Positions 26,244 through 41,519 of a stretch of DNA of 64,000 nt are shown here, piece by piece. Origin of the DNA: Eledone cirrhosa (Eukaryota). The position numbers and the translations under genes are program-made. Position 1 is the stretch's first letter. Every line of letters starts with the position of its first letter. The stretch is taken from NCBI GenBank assembly GCA_964016885.1, contig OZ024742.1, positions 60,016,001 to 60,080,000 of the forward strand. The letters are read 5' to 3'. The notes under the pieces are model-generated. The model saw only the letters and a list, made by a program, of their open reading frames with translations, was not told the DNA's origin and searched no databases.

Positions 26244-27413
26244 TTACAGGCCTAGGTATGTGTATTTAAATTATATTTTTTTAAATTCCTTTTCATAGAT
26301 CCATCTCTAGCATCAATCCTTCATAGTCAACCTGTGAACATTTAAGCCAACTCTCGTAGAATTTAGGGACTCTAACATTTTATTAACGAATACGTTAATA
26401 AAATAAGTGAGAGGGTAAAGGTATGCTCAAGACCACTATAAAGATCTGATACAGGACGTATATTATGTATATTGTATTACAATGTAAATACAGCTGAGGG
26501 TTGAAAAATATCCCTAAAATCCTGTCGGCTGCTATAAATTGCTTTAACTAAACCTTATATACAAACATTATCTGTACGTGGTTTTAAAGTGTTCTTATTT
26601 AAATTAAAACCTGCCAACATAGTTTTAAAGAAGAACCATTTGTCATGTTATAGATGACATCGTAATATTCAAAGTTTTAATAATTTTAGTAAATCCATTA
26701 TAATTTTAAATCATTGGCAATATAGTCATGAAAGTATTAAATATCTTTGTTTTCAAATAAATCATAAATATTATAAACAGTATCAAAATAGACACCCTTC
26801 GACAATTATCGAACTCTAGAGTGTATGGTAGCAAGGGAAATAATTTCTTCATTGTTTTTTCTATAACAACTGCCCGAATAATCTGTCAAAAGGATAACTG
26901 TTTCGGGTTTTATTAATTGTGATAATGACGTAGTGAAGTGAACGATACATACAATCAATATTTATTAAAATTAATCTTATTTATCATTATTATTTTTATT
27001 TTTTGCAATTACATGTTGTCGATCAATCACAAAATGACCCACCAATACATTCAACATTTGTATTTTGAAATGTGTAATGAACCCATGTTATACTGCATAC
27101 TTGGATAGAATTCTTTCATTTGCAGCTGTCATATTCTAAAGAGCAATCCTCATTTACTGCCACAGCGAATATCAGCTCTCCGATTAGTATTGGTTTTCAA
27201 ATGTCTGGCAACCAATAAATTGTTAGATATTGTTTCTCTTCTTTTATAAACTAAACATAAGCTAGCAGTAAGAATTATTTGGTAGAGTTGATTCATTCAG
27301 TTTTAACGAAAAGTCTGCAGTCCTAAGAAATGCATGTGACTTGTTCACCTTAGCTCAATTCGTCAATTTATCATGTTATTATATCATTCTCCTCAAATAA
27401 TTTTTTTTGAAAG

Positions 27414-27570
27414 GAGGTGAATTTGAAAGATTGCTAGAACGGCGGATACAAGGTTTTTGCTTCATTTGCTACTGCGCTTTGCTCTCTGACTTCAAATCCC
27501 ACCGAAGTTAACATTGCATTTCGTATGTTCGAAGTCGATAATTTAAGTGGTACTTAAGTACTGGAGTGGA
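27414..27570 (+). mobile_element. degenerate SINE
   Basis: GACTTCAAATCCCACCGAAGTTAACATTGC...GTCGATA. Confidence 0.6.
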
Positions 27571-27585
27571 TTCGGTCTGTCTGTA

Positions 27586-27634
<49 letters not shown>

Positions 27635-28539
27635 TTCTCTCTCTCTTTCTTTTTATCACTGTTTTTAACCTCTCTCGTACGCTCTCGAAGATATTTCAAC
27701 TGTGTTCTAATCGGGAGGGACTGGCCTACGGCAGATTTAGAATACCTAACGCACAGCATATATCACGACGTTTTTTCATCGAGAGTTATGACTCCATACA
27801 TACAAACAGTGGGTAAAATAAATACTTCGCAAATGGTATGTTGCAAATAGCATATTTCGCAGTTAATAACAGATTGTGGTAAGATGTGTAAAACATCTTT
27901 TTCTTGAAACTAAATAACAGGCAATTTATATATATAACAACTGCGAAGTATAGAAATACATTTTTCGTTTTGTTTACACTACTACAATTCTATAATATCT
28001 AGGTAACTGTTGCTTTGTGAGAAGAATTTCTGAGGCTGAATCTGCGCAATACCCGACATATATGTGTCTGAGTTTAAGTCTAAACAGCTTAACTGTTACC
28101 ACGTTAACTGTAGGTTCACGGTTTGAAAAGTAGAAAACATGAAGAAAGAGTACCAGGGCTGGATATATCCTTCAAAGCAGTACCTCAGTATGTTTTCAGT
28201 GAAACCAGTAATAAAAACATTTTAATATTTAATAATTGCCATTAATTAATCCTGTTATTTTAAAAACAAATCCATGTACGCTGTGATGTTGTGCTCGCAA
28301 TAATTGTGGTTTCAAGCTCAGTCCCTTGTGGTTTCTACTATTGACATTATATCCTTAATTCATTAACTGTGAAATTTGTTAGACAGAAACTATTTTGGCG
28401 TGTATCACACTACATAATGGAACTAGCAAAAGAAACATAAAATGTCTACTGGGGTCGAGAGGGTCGACTAAACCCTCTTAAAATTTACAACATTGTAGCT
28501 GGAGCCTTTAAATGAAACCAGTAAAATCGTTTTTAATAT

Positions 28540-28720
28540 GCCGCAAGGGCAGGAATTTGAAGGGAAGGGGAAAGTCGATTAATTTGATCGCAAGGCGTTA
28601 CTTGTACATTATTCTATCGACCCTGTAAGGAAGAAAGGCAAGTCAAGCTCGGTGGAATTTGAACTCAGAATGTAAATGTCCGTAATTATACACTGCAAAT
28701 CATGTTTGTGGACGCTCTAC
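28540..28720 (-). mobile_element. degenerate SINE
   Basis: Reverse complement of the SINE core (GGAATTTGAACTCAGAATG; TATCGACCCTGTAAGG). Confidence 0.65.
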
Positions 28721-29559
28721 CAATAAACCCTGTAACCAATAAAATTATAGAATAGTTTGTTTTATTTTGGATGATATTTTATAATATTACTGAAGAATGA
28801 TTTCCATCCATACTGCCATGAAACAAAAATATATTTTTAAAAGGATGGAACATTCAATAGTAACTCTTCTAGAATAATTGTAAGATATTGATAATATATG
28901 TTATTGATTCCATTGAATGTTTTTCATTTTCTTTGAATTATCGATGTCAAAACTAGAACAATAATGTATTTCTCATAGAATTATGTTAAAGATCAATAGG
29001 TGCTGGAGCCACACATTGGTGAGAGATTTAAGAGCGGTTGAGAGTATGACAGTGGAATAATTCGCTTCATGATATATTCACGAGATTGTTCTAGATACCT
29101 CATGTACATTAATGTAGATTACTCTACTCTGCATTCGTTCGTTGTCGAAATTCTGACGCAGAAATATTATATAGGTATTGTACTATTACACTAGTAATGC
29201 AGTATTGTCAAAAGGAAATAGAATATGTAGAATATGCAAATTTTATAGAGGTTTTAAGGGAAGAATATATTGTAATAATAAAAATGACAAAACTTGAACC
29301 AGCAGCCGCAAGCACAGTTGTAACCATAACCAACTGTGCAACCACAGCAAACTCCAGACGCCAACCACTCCTCTGCCAAAAATCCTTTATTGCCATGATT
29401 AATCTGGCAAAATAGATACAAAATTACCTTCTATGTATCCCACAACGTTAATCCCTGCTATGACCCCAGTGTAAAAACTATTCCATTGTTGTCAGAACCA
29501 GAAACACCTTCCAGCCATGCACAAGTGTGGAAGATTAAATTTATTGAGGATTGGGTTGG

Positions 29560-30140
29560 CGACACGGTATCACTTTCGCTATCCTAAATGAGACCCAACT
29601 CGACGACTCCCAATTGGAAGCAGATATTGGAAGCAGAAATTTACAACCACCGTGGATTGCATCGACTGACGAAAGAGTGAAAGTGACATTTTAACCGTAG
29701 TTGTGCTTTATAGGCCGTCCCACACATTTCTATTGAAACAATTACTAAGTTGTATTAAGAGTTTTATTGGGAAGAGTCATTCTGGTAACATACTAATGAT
29801 GGATGACATCAACGTGCTTTGTGCTTATTGATCTACGACAGCTTCATATTTTCACCTAAACTCCTGACACAGTAGTAAAGAGTGACTTTTCGAATTCATG
29901 GATGTAGTTTTCCTGTTCCAATTTATGCTCGCTGTAGCAAAATGTCAAATAAGCATTTTGGACCTAAAGTGTAATAACCACACTAATATTTTCCACAACA
30001 TTGCAGTTCAAATCGTTCTTCATTTAGAACATGACCTGATTCTCTGAAACCTAATATCCACCCAGCCAACAGTTAAACCCTGTGACTTCTCTCCAGCAAA
30101 AATATTTGATAACTTCGATCTTCATTACGTCAACTGGAAT
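29560..30140 (+). pseudogene. possible LINE apurinic-type endonuclease remnant
   Basis: Fragments FAILNETQLDDS, TVVVLYRPSH, NILMMDDINV in the expected order; heavily decayed. Confidence 0.4.
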
Positions 30141-30155
30141 GCAACCACTCATGAT

Positions 30156-30338
<183 letters not shown>

Positions 30339-30599
30339 AATTTCAAAACGTCATTATTAGAAAATATAAATAATTATTTAAAAAATCAAACAGTCGACTG
30401 GTATTTCATTGCTCGAATCAAATTGACTACCATCATTAACCAAATAACAGTTGAAGAGGACTGGGCTATTGAAAACATTAAACCTATTCATAATGTTTTA
30501 TTTTCATATGCCAAAGAACATGAGAACGTTGGCTCTACTGCTTGCCCTTTGATTGATGAAAATATCCCTACACGATGATGTTAAATTCATTGCTGAAAT

Positions 30600-30770
30600 A
30601 CTGTAAGAATCACTCCAAGTAGAGCGGCTACACTCCGAATAAGAGATCACAGTTCTGTTACTATGGGCATGTGGTTAAAGTGTCCAAGGAAAGAATGCCT
30701 GGACAGATTTTACGAGAAACATCAATCGGTAGGAGAACTATTGTTAGACCCCGTGTAAGATTGTTGGAGA
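30600..30770 (+). mobile_element. RTE/Rex3-like LINE 3' fragment
   Basis: AAGAATCACTCCAAGTAGAG...GAGATCACAG matches 16149-16280. Confidence 0.7.
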
Positions 30771-32691
30771 CAGCAATGCATACAATGAAATTTCAACAAT
30801 CATATACACAGCAATATCTATTTAATTCAGTGTGACATGCGTGTTTTGTCTCGGATAATGCAGGAGCAGTGTCACTCACCGTCAGTCAGTCTTTTTAGCC
30901 TCAGTTTACTATGAAGGAAATAGTTGATGGTTGGGAATAGTCAACGTAATCGTAACTAGAACGGTGTTAAACATTCTTGTTTCTTTCTTGAATTGATCAA
31001 ATGTGTATCTTTGGCCATTCATAATCAAATAAATCAAGGCCAGTGTGTTTAAAAGTTACGAGTGGATACAGTGGTGGCTAAAATCCATAGTACTTTCTTT
31101 GGAATTTTACTAAATGACTATAGACTCCTTGTTGAATTAGTAGATAGCTATTATTTTTTGTCCTGTCAGATTGCATTGGTGTCGCTATGTTAGTGTCCGA
31201 TGGTTCAACTCTGGAAGACGTGTTACTGGTTTACATCGTTACTTATAGCAGATCATTTATTGTGATTTTATGGTGAATATGGACAGCTTTGAACTTTTGT
31301 AATTTGTGTGACCTGACGCCAGTTTTATATTTAAAATATAACATATAAGTAATTTATCTAAAATAAGAGAAAATAAATTTTAATAGCAAGAAGATGGCGG
31401 ACATTGTATAATTACTATATTTCAAGAACTATGAATAAAGATAGCTTATTTACTTGCTGATTTGCATTTTCTTTATATACATTTAAAAAAAATATAACGT
31501 TAAAGCTTCTGTGATTACAAAAAAATTGCCGAGTTAATATGGATTAGTTCCTACAAAGAGTTCCTTTATATTTGGTTTTTATTTGTTAGATTTACAACAT
31601 AATTTAATGAAAGTAAATGTAATGCTACTATAATTTCCTGGCTGTATATATAAGGTTTTTCTTTTTGTGTAGTTTCGTTTCAGTAATTAATACTATTCTC
31701 ATTGTATTGGTTTTACATTAATGTTTTAAAATAACATTGTTTATAAAGATTTTGCCTGGTGTATCCACTCAACAAAAATCCCTTCTTTGTATGTGTCACT
31801 ATTTTTTCTTTGCTTGATTTAGTTTCTCATTTAATACATTTTAATGCTTATGTAAACAGCACTCCATTGAAAGAACATTTTATTTTGCTAACTTCTGTCG
31901 ATTATTTTCGTCGATACAGTCTATCACATTGATTCATTATCACGGAGTTTCCGGTTGGATACCAAATGAGAGTATCAAGGGCAAGTGTATTTTACTAAAC
32001 CCTTGGGTCGACAAAAGCATTGTGAGACGATTTGGATAGACGGAAATTGCGACAAGGCCTTTTCAATAGCCTGTCCCTGTACTTTTTAGTATCAGCCTTA
32101 TCAAATATTGTTTCAAGCGGAATCCTACTGAGCATATGACTGTTAAATACTCATTCATTCTATACATGCATGCTAAACCTTAATGAATAATTAAATAGTA
32201 AATATATACGACAGTTTCGGTTTATCATATTTCAGTCATTGGTAAGACCAAGGTTATAGACAAGACTTGCTCAAGGTACCATGCAGTGACACTGAGTCTC
32301 AAACCACGGGATGCACATCCTTTAAACACATGTTCATGACTGCTTTTAATGTATGTTTTAATTTACAAATATGTTACATTTTCAACACCATCTATTCATC
32401 ACTGTGATCACCCCTTCCTTATCCTTTTCTCTATATATTCTTTATATCTAAGATCTTTGATGATTCAATATTTTGTGTTATGAATATTGTATCGCCAGAT
32501 GAACTCAAATTACAAAATAATATAAAAGAACGTGTTCGATTCTACAATATCATTATTTTTAATGTTACCTGGTAGCAATTAGAGAATATTAAATATGAAA
32601 AAAATATTTGCAGCTGAAAGATAAAGTTCACAAAATAACAATCTTGTTCGATTCAGCACAAAGATAAAGAAAGAAATAATGTTTATTCCCT

Positions 32692-32826
<135 letters not shown>

Positions 32827-34602
32827 CATACATACATATATACATACATACATACATACATACATATATGTGTGTGTGTGTGTACATGTGTATATATATG
32901 TGTGTGCCTGTGTATGTAAGTATGTATAATAAATGAAAACTGTTTACATGAGAACAAATATTGCGTTTCCTCTTTCGACAATTTCTGTTTTGCTTTGTTT
33001 TTTAATGATATAAGAAAGAGAAACGAGGTACAAACGATGAAAAAGTTAATACGTAAAGTTTATATCTAAAATATAAATATCACATGTAACAACGAAGACT
33101 TTCTATGTGATTACTGAAATAATGTATAAAACGAAGAAGAAAAAAACATGTAACGAGAAACGAACAAATCAATTATGTATAATTGAAAAGAAATGTTAAC
33201 TGAAGAACACAACTTCAAACATATTGCATTTTATTTCAGCTTCATTTTCTTTTTGTTATGTGTCCTTGTTTTCAATGTGAATAAGGAGTTGGAGAAATTG
33301 CCGATGTAAGCTGTATTTGTGATATTGAGAAAATATTTTAATGGAGATGTTTTAAACTCTTATTTGCACTACAGTAGGTTGGCAAGATTCTAATGTTAAA
33401 TCGTGAGATGAAACAGATAGTGTTGTAATTTACGAGGGTGATGTTGCCATTCGAAATATATTTACCGGTTGATTTTAAATATGTAAATATGTTGTAAATA
33501 GCAATGCAATTATTGGAATTTGTCTATCAATTATATGTTTCAAGTGGTATGAAACATTCGCTTCTACGAACCCATCTCATAACGTATATAAAAATATTTC
33601 CGAATAAATTACTTAGTATCTTAATGATCTACGCCAGCACTCATATATTCACCTATGTAAACAACGTAATATAATATCATTAGGGGTACACCCCCTCCTC
33701 ATATGCAATATGAGAATAGAAACTCTAGTCTACAATTTCCTTCCTCTAATAAATATATATTTTTGTCCGTAATACATGAAATTCATTAACTATTTAATGA
33801 AACCTATATTAAGATTAACTATAGCTTCTTAAAACATTGTACCTAAAATATCGAAGCACAACGGCGTTTTACAAAGAGAACAACATGATGAATGTACCGA
33901 ACATCAATTGCCGAAATATTACCTCCTCTACACGGTTACTAATATCCGAATGTATGTTCAGTATAGAGAAAACATAAAGTTAACCCATACAGTGCCGAGA
34001 CGGAAATCATTTTTCTAAGGAAAAATGCATGTTCAACAGGAAACACAGCGCACTCACTTATTTGGAACCAGTCGTAACGAGCGGCATTTCGTTATTTCAA
34101 TCCAACTGAAAACTATAAGGTAAGAGAATTAACGATATCTGTAAAGGCTGGTGCATCGTCGGAATTTCAATTCCATATTTGGATCAAAGATATACAAAAT
34201 TTAATTTATATAAAATGTTTACCTATTGTTTCAGTGTAATGTTAGTTGTAGAATGTTTAATCGCGTGCTCGTACAGATGCATAAACACATTTACCATGTT
34301 TCCCATAATTCTCAGAACAAACCAAGACTCTGGTAAAGGAGACTTTCACAAGATCCCGCATGGTGGTATCACAATTTGAAACCTATAAGTGTGTATTAAC
34401 ATTCTTAACCATTTAGCCTTGCTGCATCCACCCAAGAATTTAAAAAGATATACTTATAAATCCTAATATCCTTTATCGTTTTATTCAAGTGATTTCCTAC
34501 AACCCTCTTTTGTTTTTGTTCCTTTCTACCGATATTCGATGTACTCCTTAGGGCTTGTGTTCCGACACAACCAAGATATTTGTCTGAATAATCTAAATAA
34601 AT

Positions 34603-34772
34603 AATAATTGTTTCTACTTTTGGCTCAAGGCCAGCAATTATCCCAGTGTATTACTGGTACTTTATTTTATCGGCCCTGTAAGGATGAAAGGCATTGTTAA
34701 CTTCGGCGGGATTTGAAATCAGACCATGAAGGGCCGTAAAGCATGGCGTCCGACCCTTACCGAAACTGCAAA
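34603..34772 (-). mobile_element. tRNA-derived SINE
   Basis: Reverse complement of the 297-487 family. Confidence 0.8.
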
Positions 34773-35104
34773 AACTACAATCTAAGAATAGTTCTGATCT
34801 CAGTAATGACCTGATAATTGTTGAAGTTCTTTTCATTGCAATCTACAGCCTAGTTCTCAGCCTAGTTTCTGCAGCCATCATTATGGCAACGGAATCTATA
34901 CACACTGTTACTTCTAATACTATTGCTAACACGACTACAAAACTCACCATAAACAGAGAGTTTCATCTCCCGCAACATATCTACACAACAATATGCTGTC
35001 AAAAGGAATCTGTAGCTGATTATGATGTCCAAGGTGCGATCTCACTGTCTGGTAAGCTGGGCAAATATCTTTGCAATATCGACCTATCAATGCAATTTAG
35101 TATA

Positions 35105-35290
35105 ATAATTGTTTCTACTTTTGGCACAAGGCCAGCAATTACCCAGTACATTACTGATACTTTATTTTATCGACCCCGTAAGGATGAAAAGCAAAGTTAA
35201 CCTCGGCAGGATTTGAACACAGAATGGCAAGGGCCGTAACTCTGTGCGTCAAAGCATGGCGTCCGACCCTCTACCGATACTGCCAATCCA
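35105..35290 (-). mobile_element. tRNA-derived SINE
   Basis: Reverse complement of the 297-487 family. Confidence 0.85.
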
Positions 35291-35587
35291 TTAGTATAAT
35301 AATCGACACTAGTACGGAACAGGAATTTCATTTATCGATGGTCATCAGATGATGGTAGGTGTAAAATCCGAGGTATCTTTAATCTGACGCTTTAACGACT
35401 CTCATAAATCGCCGAGTTAATGTGTATCGTAACATCTGTATTCTTTTCATGAAAAAAGGCAATACCGAAAGAGAAATCAATTAAAATTATTCTATATATA
35501 ACTGTTGGAACTATACCATTGCTGTGGTTTGAAACAGTGTTAAGATTGTTGGGAAGTGTTTTTCACCTCTGCGTGCATCAAATAAAT

Positions 35588-35659
35588 TAAATGGGTTTAG
35601 AATATTTCCTGTTGTTATTATAATATTAATAACAACAGGAAATATTCTAAACCCATTTA
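35588..35659. repeat. perfect 33-bp inverted repeat with a 6-nt loop
   Basis: TAAATGGGTTTAGAATATTTCCTGTTGTTATTA-taatat-TAATAACAACAGGAAATATTCTAAACCCATTTA. Confidence 0.95.
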
Positions 35660-36164
35660 GAAGTTCAAATATTTCATGAACTGTAAAACATGCGTATCAC
35701 AGTAATGTCATTGTTATCTTTGTTATATATAAACACTGTATTTTCTTTAGTGGCATAATGACATCTATAACATATAGTGACGTGTTGTGTGACACTCTTT
35801 AGGCCCTGTTGTTTGTGGATATCTCGTATGATAAACACTTGTTTGACGCATAAGTAGTTTTATGTGAATATTTGCCAACGCTATCATTGTTTTCTCTGCA
35901 ATCGAAAACAGTGAGCGAGGCAAGTAACAGTAACTTAAAATTCTAAATCAAGTAATTGAGAACAAATGAGGTTCATTTCATATAACTCATTTAATCAGTA
36001 ATTTGACATAAAATCAATATTCACCGTAAAGAAATCTCTGTATTTGATTTCTACATTTCACGAAACATGTATCTTATTCTATAAGATACAGAATTATTTG
36101 AAGACGATATTTGAAATATATTTTTATAATATATACTTTCATATGTTATTTTCTTTTATTCTTT

Positions 36165-36522
36165 TAATAGTTTCAGTCATTTGTCGGGGTAACGCCTGAA
36201 TGTATTTCATGTTGACATCAGAAATTCCTGGGATTTTTTCACAAATCTGGTATTTATTTTATTGATGATATGTTTCTTGAATCACTACGTTATCGGACAT
36301 GATCAACCAGTTAACACGTGACAAGTAGACATACACACACGCACGCATATAATTACGGCGGGATTCGACACTTTTTCGTTTTACCGAATTTCACTCACAA
36401 ATCATTATTAATTCGAGGTTAATAGTAAAAAACACTTGTCCAAAATTCCACGCCAGTTGATTAAACCGGAAACCACGTGGTTACGGAGCGAACTCCTTTA
36501 ATCATAAAACTGCCTCGGCCTA
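36165..36522 (-). mobile_element. older second SINE-like family, degenerate
   Basis: Related fragments at ~28280-28525(+), 31930-32060(+) and 32210-32345(-); family recognised from memory, not by search. Confidence 0.45.
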
Positions 36523-38489
36523 TTATTTACGGAACCAAACAGTTATTTTCTCCAACGTTGTTCTATCTCATATAAATGAAAATAAATTACAGTACTTATT
36601 GACGGAAATGTTCAGAAACTTCCTATAAATATAGAAATCTTCATTAATTTTACAACGGGTTTCAAATTAAACGAATGATTATTTAAAATGGAAACTTGCT
36701 GCATTTTTGTTAGTTTAGGGTTTTGTTCATTTTTTTTCTTTCATTTGGGCTTTAATGCATATATTAAAAATGCATTGCACATGTTTTTCTTCCTGATATT
36801 CTATAGTGCTACACCCTGCTTTTCTCATTGTCTAAACTATTGATTTTAGATAATAGCATCACACATACCGAGTACATTGTTTGTTTACGGCAGCCATTTT
36901 ACATAACTGACACATGATAAATTACTGTAGATTTTTTTTATTTGACCGTGTTTTTATATATTTTCGCAGATTATTTCATTGTTATATGATATTTTACTAC
37001 CTTGAGAATTACTGTTCAGTGAAAACGCGGCAGATTTGTGTTATCTTACTCTGCAATGTTGTCTCTGCAGCATATCAATATTTGTTTTTGTTTTGGATGT
37101 AATGCGAGACGGTGGTGGCGGTGGCAGCTGGCGTATTCGATGGATGCCGCGGAAACTCGGGGATTGAATGTATTTAAGACACAAGCCAAAATATATCGTC
37201 ATTTACTCTCTCCAGCCCCCTCCCCCCCCCAAAAAAAAAACATACCAGAGATTTTAGTTTAGTTTGAATTAAATCAATGTTGATTTTTAATAAATTTTAA
37301 TATATGTAGATGTCGGTGGTAGACATAATTCATCGCCCGGTTCAACAGCCCCACTACCTGTCCTATTGTCGAATTTCGCAAACTCCACACCGTTGCAAGT
37401 ATTGAAGCCAGGTCTTACGATTTGAAGATAACTGTTCCCAAACTGCCACGCATGTTAGAAGCACTGACAAAATAAAGGGTAAAGGAAATCGCATATCCCC
37501 GATGGAAAGTGAGTTTTTGAACGACATATTACCACTTGTGAACATGCATTGTAAATTATTGAGTAGGTAGCAGATTTGTATCTAGCATAGTTCGACAGCT
37601 CCTTAGGAATATATACATTCATGTACAGTTTTAAATTGATTTTGATATAGTCTAGTTATATCTGTGACATTATTCATCTTGTTAGAATTTCGAAAGTTTT
37701 CCTGTTATGCAACTTGATACATAGAACCAAACAAAAATAACAGATATGTACATACATTTCAAATTTCTTTTATAATTTGAATGATTCTACGAAAAACATT
37801 ATTTCTCTTCCAATTGTATTTGAAATTCATTATCTGCTCTTCTCATAATTTTACATTTATCACTGCTTTAGGAAAAGTATTTCACAGTTGTTTTTGCTAT
37901 ATTCCTGTACACTTTGGCAATATGTGTTTCTTTATTCTACAACAATTTTCCATAAATACTTGCTTCCTTTGGATACGTTAGGTTTTATTTTCTAGCACGT
38001 CCTTATTTGTTATACACTTCTAATATACTTCACACCAATCACAGTAAACAACTGAATATGGTTGTATACGTGTTCTATCGTTAGTGAAATCCAGTTTCTG
38101 ATCTTCTGCCATATCTCTCCAGAATGATATCTGGAAGTATTCCAAACTGTCAAGATCTTACTATCTTTGAAAACGGCTCCACAGCCACCACTAACAACGC
38201 CATCAACAAGTAACCAAACGCTTTCACGTTTAGTTCAAATAAGCAAATATTTGAAATTTGATCAAACAACTTCTTTCCTGCTGTCAAATGTGTTGTTACG
38301 TATTCTTAACCTTTCTTGTATTTCAAAGTCAGTTCTTGAACTTTTTTCATGCTTAAATAAATGTTAGACTCACTCTAAATTGCTGGCCATGTGTCATTGT
38401 TTGAAATTATTAATATTATTATTATTATTGTTCGTCTCTGAACGTGTTAGAATGATAGAATGTAGGGGGCTGTATTAAGTGCATGAACT

Positions 38490-38870
38490 GTAGGAGCTGG
38501 TGCAGTAATGCGCCAGCTTCAGCATTCAGTCATCAGAAGAAGGGAGGTAGGTGAAAAAGCCAAACTAGTTATCTTCAAATCGGTATTCGTGTCAACTCTT
38601 ACCTATGGTCATGAATCTTGTGTAATGACCAAAAACATACTCTCGCGAATTCAAGTGGTCGAAATGGGGTTCATCTCAAGGCTATTTGGATTAACGTTAT
38701 TCGATAAAGAGCGTAGCTCGGAGATCAGTGTGTCATACTTAGCAGAGATGCTACTTCCCCGAATAGAGAGATCACAGCTCCGATTCTATAGATATGGGGT
38801 TTGAATGTCTCAGGAAAGTATCGCTGGACAGATTTTATGGGCAAAACCAGCCGGCAGGAGACCCATGAGC
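38490..38870 (+). mobile_element. RTE/Rex3-like LINE 3' fragment
   Basis: KAKLVIFKSVFVSTLTYGHES...IQVVEMGF...IERSQLR. Confidence 0.85.
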
Positions 38871-39339
38871 AGATCTCGAGCAAGATGATTGTATAACATT
38901 CATGAGCATGGCTGATCACCCTCAAGAAAAAGAGAATCACCACCAACAACACCGACACAACCACAACGCATGCCCCCAAACACGTTCTGACACCAACAAC
39001 AACAAAAAACCTAACTTTTTGTTACTAAGAAGTACTAAAAAAACCTTATGGACCATGTTCCACAATGTGAAGACATTGAAAATGAAGGGGAGATTTTTGT
39101 CATCACATCCAAAGTGTTTCCAACGGCTGATGGTGCTGAGACCAAGTAACCTCTACAAAAAAATTAATGTGAACTTTCCCAACGACGTGGGAATCCATAA
39201 TGTGAAATCCTCGAGTAGGCTTCTAAAGGGGCTCCCAAATGAAATCCCACCAACCATGGAGGTTGAACCACTTGACATTTATAAGCCCGGAGAGGTAAGT
39301 AAACCTTTCTCTTTTAGCCTGTCAACATGGCCATCCTAA

Positions 39340-41510
39340 GCGTTGGATGTTTAAATGTTTGTGGTGTGGGGTCCTCCTCGAGGCACGGTTCCATGCTGAA
39401 CGACCAAAGGTTACTGGATATGTATGTGATTACCGTAATGGAGAGAAAAATTTCTGACAATGATTTCCTCATTTTCGACAACTATCAAGATCCCCGCATC
39501 TGGTAGTCGACCGGGAATGAAAAGTAAGGTTGCAGTGTTGTTTAAGAAAGCCTGGACTTCGAGGTAACGTCAATCTTCCGGGACCCGGAGGGTAATTTGG
39601 TGGACCAGGACGTGAAAAATAGCGACTCTGGTGTCTTTAGACTGGTGGTTATCTACGCCACGAGTGGAACAGGGCAGCACGAATTCTTTAGGCGCATGGA
39701 TGCCTTTCTTTGCGTCTCGCCATTTAATGTTATCAGGGGAATGGAACGGCACCTTAGACCCACACTGGGATTGTGTAGGTGTACCCGATAGATGTGGGTG
39801 TGAAAAAACCTCAGGTACATGATCAGCTAATTTCAACTGTCTGATAGGTACTGACTAGATTTTTCTAATCCGCCAGTGTGGACCTGGACTAAACGCATAG
39901 GGTCATCTAAATCGTATATATACTATTAGGACACTAGATGAGAGTATTATAGATTGACCACATTCTCAAACAGTCACCTATTCAGATCACAAGATTGTGA
40001 TCTGTATGATTGACCCAGACAAGACACGCAGGTCGCAACCTGGTTACTGGAAGCTGAACATGTCATTTCCCACACGTACGACTTACAGAAACCGAGTCAA
40101 CATTTTAGTTAAGCAAAAGTTGACTGTAGTTTAGTCAAAAACAGGTGGTAGAGGGCCCCGAAAAGGGAAATTAAAGTATTTTCGATAGGGTTTAACAAAG
40201 AGGTAGTGTTAGAGAAAAATAGAAAGCCGGGGTAGATTGTAACTAAATTGGACGAAGCTATTTGCAGTGGCATTGCAAATGACGTACTAGCGGAGAGAAT
40301 GCCATTAGACGATTTCTTCAATTCAAAACACGAAGGCTGCATTGTCAGAGCTAAGGCGCGGCATCTAAGAAATGAGAGAACCAAGGCTGTTCGATGGGCA
40401 AGCAGAGGTGCTGCGCAGTAACAAAGCCACAATTTGGTCTTTGACGTACCGAGACGGACAGGAGCTGGGCGATTCCAGGTGGATGTGTGAGGATTTTCAC
40501 CAGCACTTTTTCTCAGCTGTTGGTGGGGTGCGGGGTGCCGGCGGCGGTAGTGGATTTCAGTCGCTACCTCGAAGGCTACCGCATCTCTCGCCAGAGGAGG
40601 CTGAGTGCTGCTAGATTAGGGAGTCCCTAGTTCGCTGCACGGGGCACAAGCTTTACCTAGGTATGCCAGACTTGTTCCCTAATCCCATCGAAACGCTCTA
40701 ACAACTAGCAACAGAAGGGAAGTATTACCGACCAGGTCCAGATACAACAACCTCGACCTCATGCGAAACATCATGCAAAACATCATAGAAAGGGTAGGAG
40801 GTAAACTTAGCTTCGGTTGGTCTCTGATCAATTTAAATCAATTGAAAGATTTCGATAAGGTCAACCATCGATACTTGGAGGCTGTCCTCAAGGCAGCTGG
40901 CTTCGGTCAAGTCTTCCGAGACTGTATCGCTGCAATGCACAGTGGCATCAGCTTGGTGGCCAAAGTTAATGGCCATCTTTCGGAACTGTTTCGGATCTCC
41001 CGATCGGTTCATCGAGGGTGCCCTCTCTCCTCCCTTCTGTACGTATTGACTCTCGGGCCTCTACTGCGGAAACTGGAGCTGTTGCGGGGCATCCCGCTCT
41101 ATCCGGGACGTAGAAAGGTTGTGTCGGCATATGGGGACGACTTCACCGTGATGGTGTAGAACACCTCATAAAATGAGGTGGTCTGCACCTTCTTGGAGGA
41201 ACACGAAAGATGACGGGAGCAGAACTATACCCAGAAAACTCGGTGGACTTGCAGCGCGGCACCTTAAGAGGCACGCCGCCAATACCACCCGACAGCGTTG
41301 GCGGGAGCTAGACGGATGGAAAAGTAAAGTTGCTCGAGCGTTGGTTCGCACGAGCGCTCCAGGTGGATAAGAATTGGGATGAGGTTACGAAGATGGTAGC
41401 CACTGTCTATCAGAAATGCGACGAGAGGAAGGTGTCTCTGAAAGATCGTGTGAAGGTGGCGAAAGCTTTCATCGTGTCTGTCATCTACTACCACCTGACC
41501 ATCGTGTCAT
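39340..41510 (+). mobile_element. L1/Tx1-like LINE ORF2 fragment A (APE + internally deleted RT), decayed
   Basis: FRLVVIYA, SDHK, PGYWKLN, LNQLKDFDKVNH, SVHRGCPLS, SAYGDD. Confidence 0.8.
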
Positions 41511-41519
41511 GCCATGGTT

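Noticed and set aside
37309-37425. Possible short plus-strand exon (DVGGRHNSSPGSTAPLPVLL...)
   Set aside because: Weak splice signals and no recognisable protein
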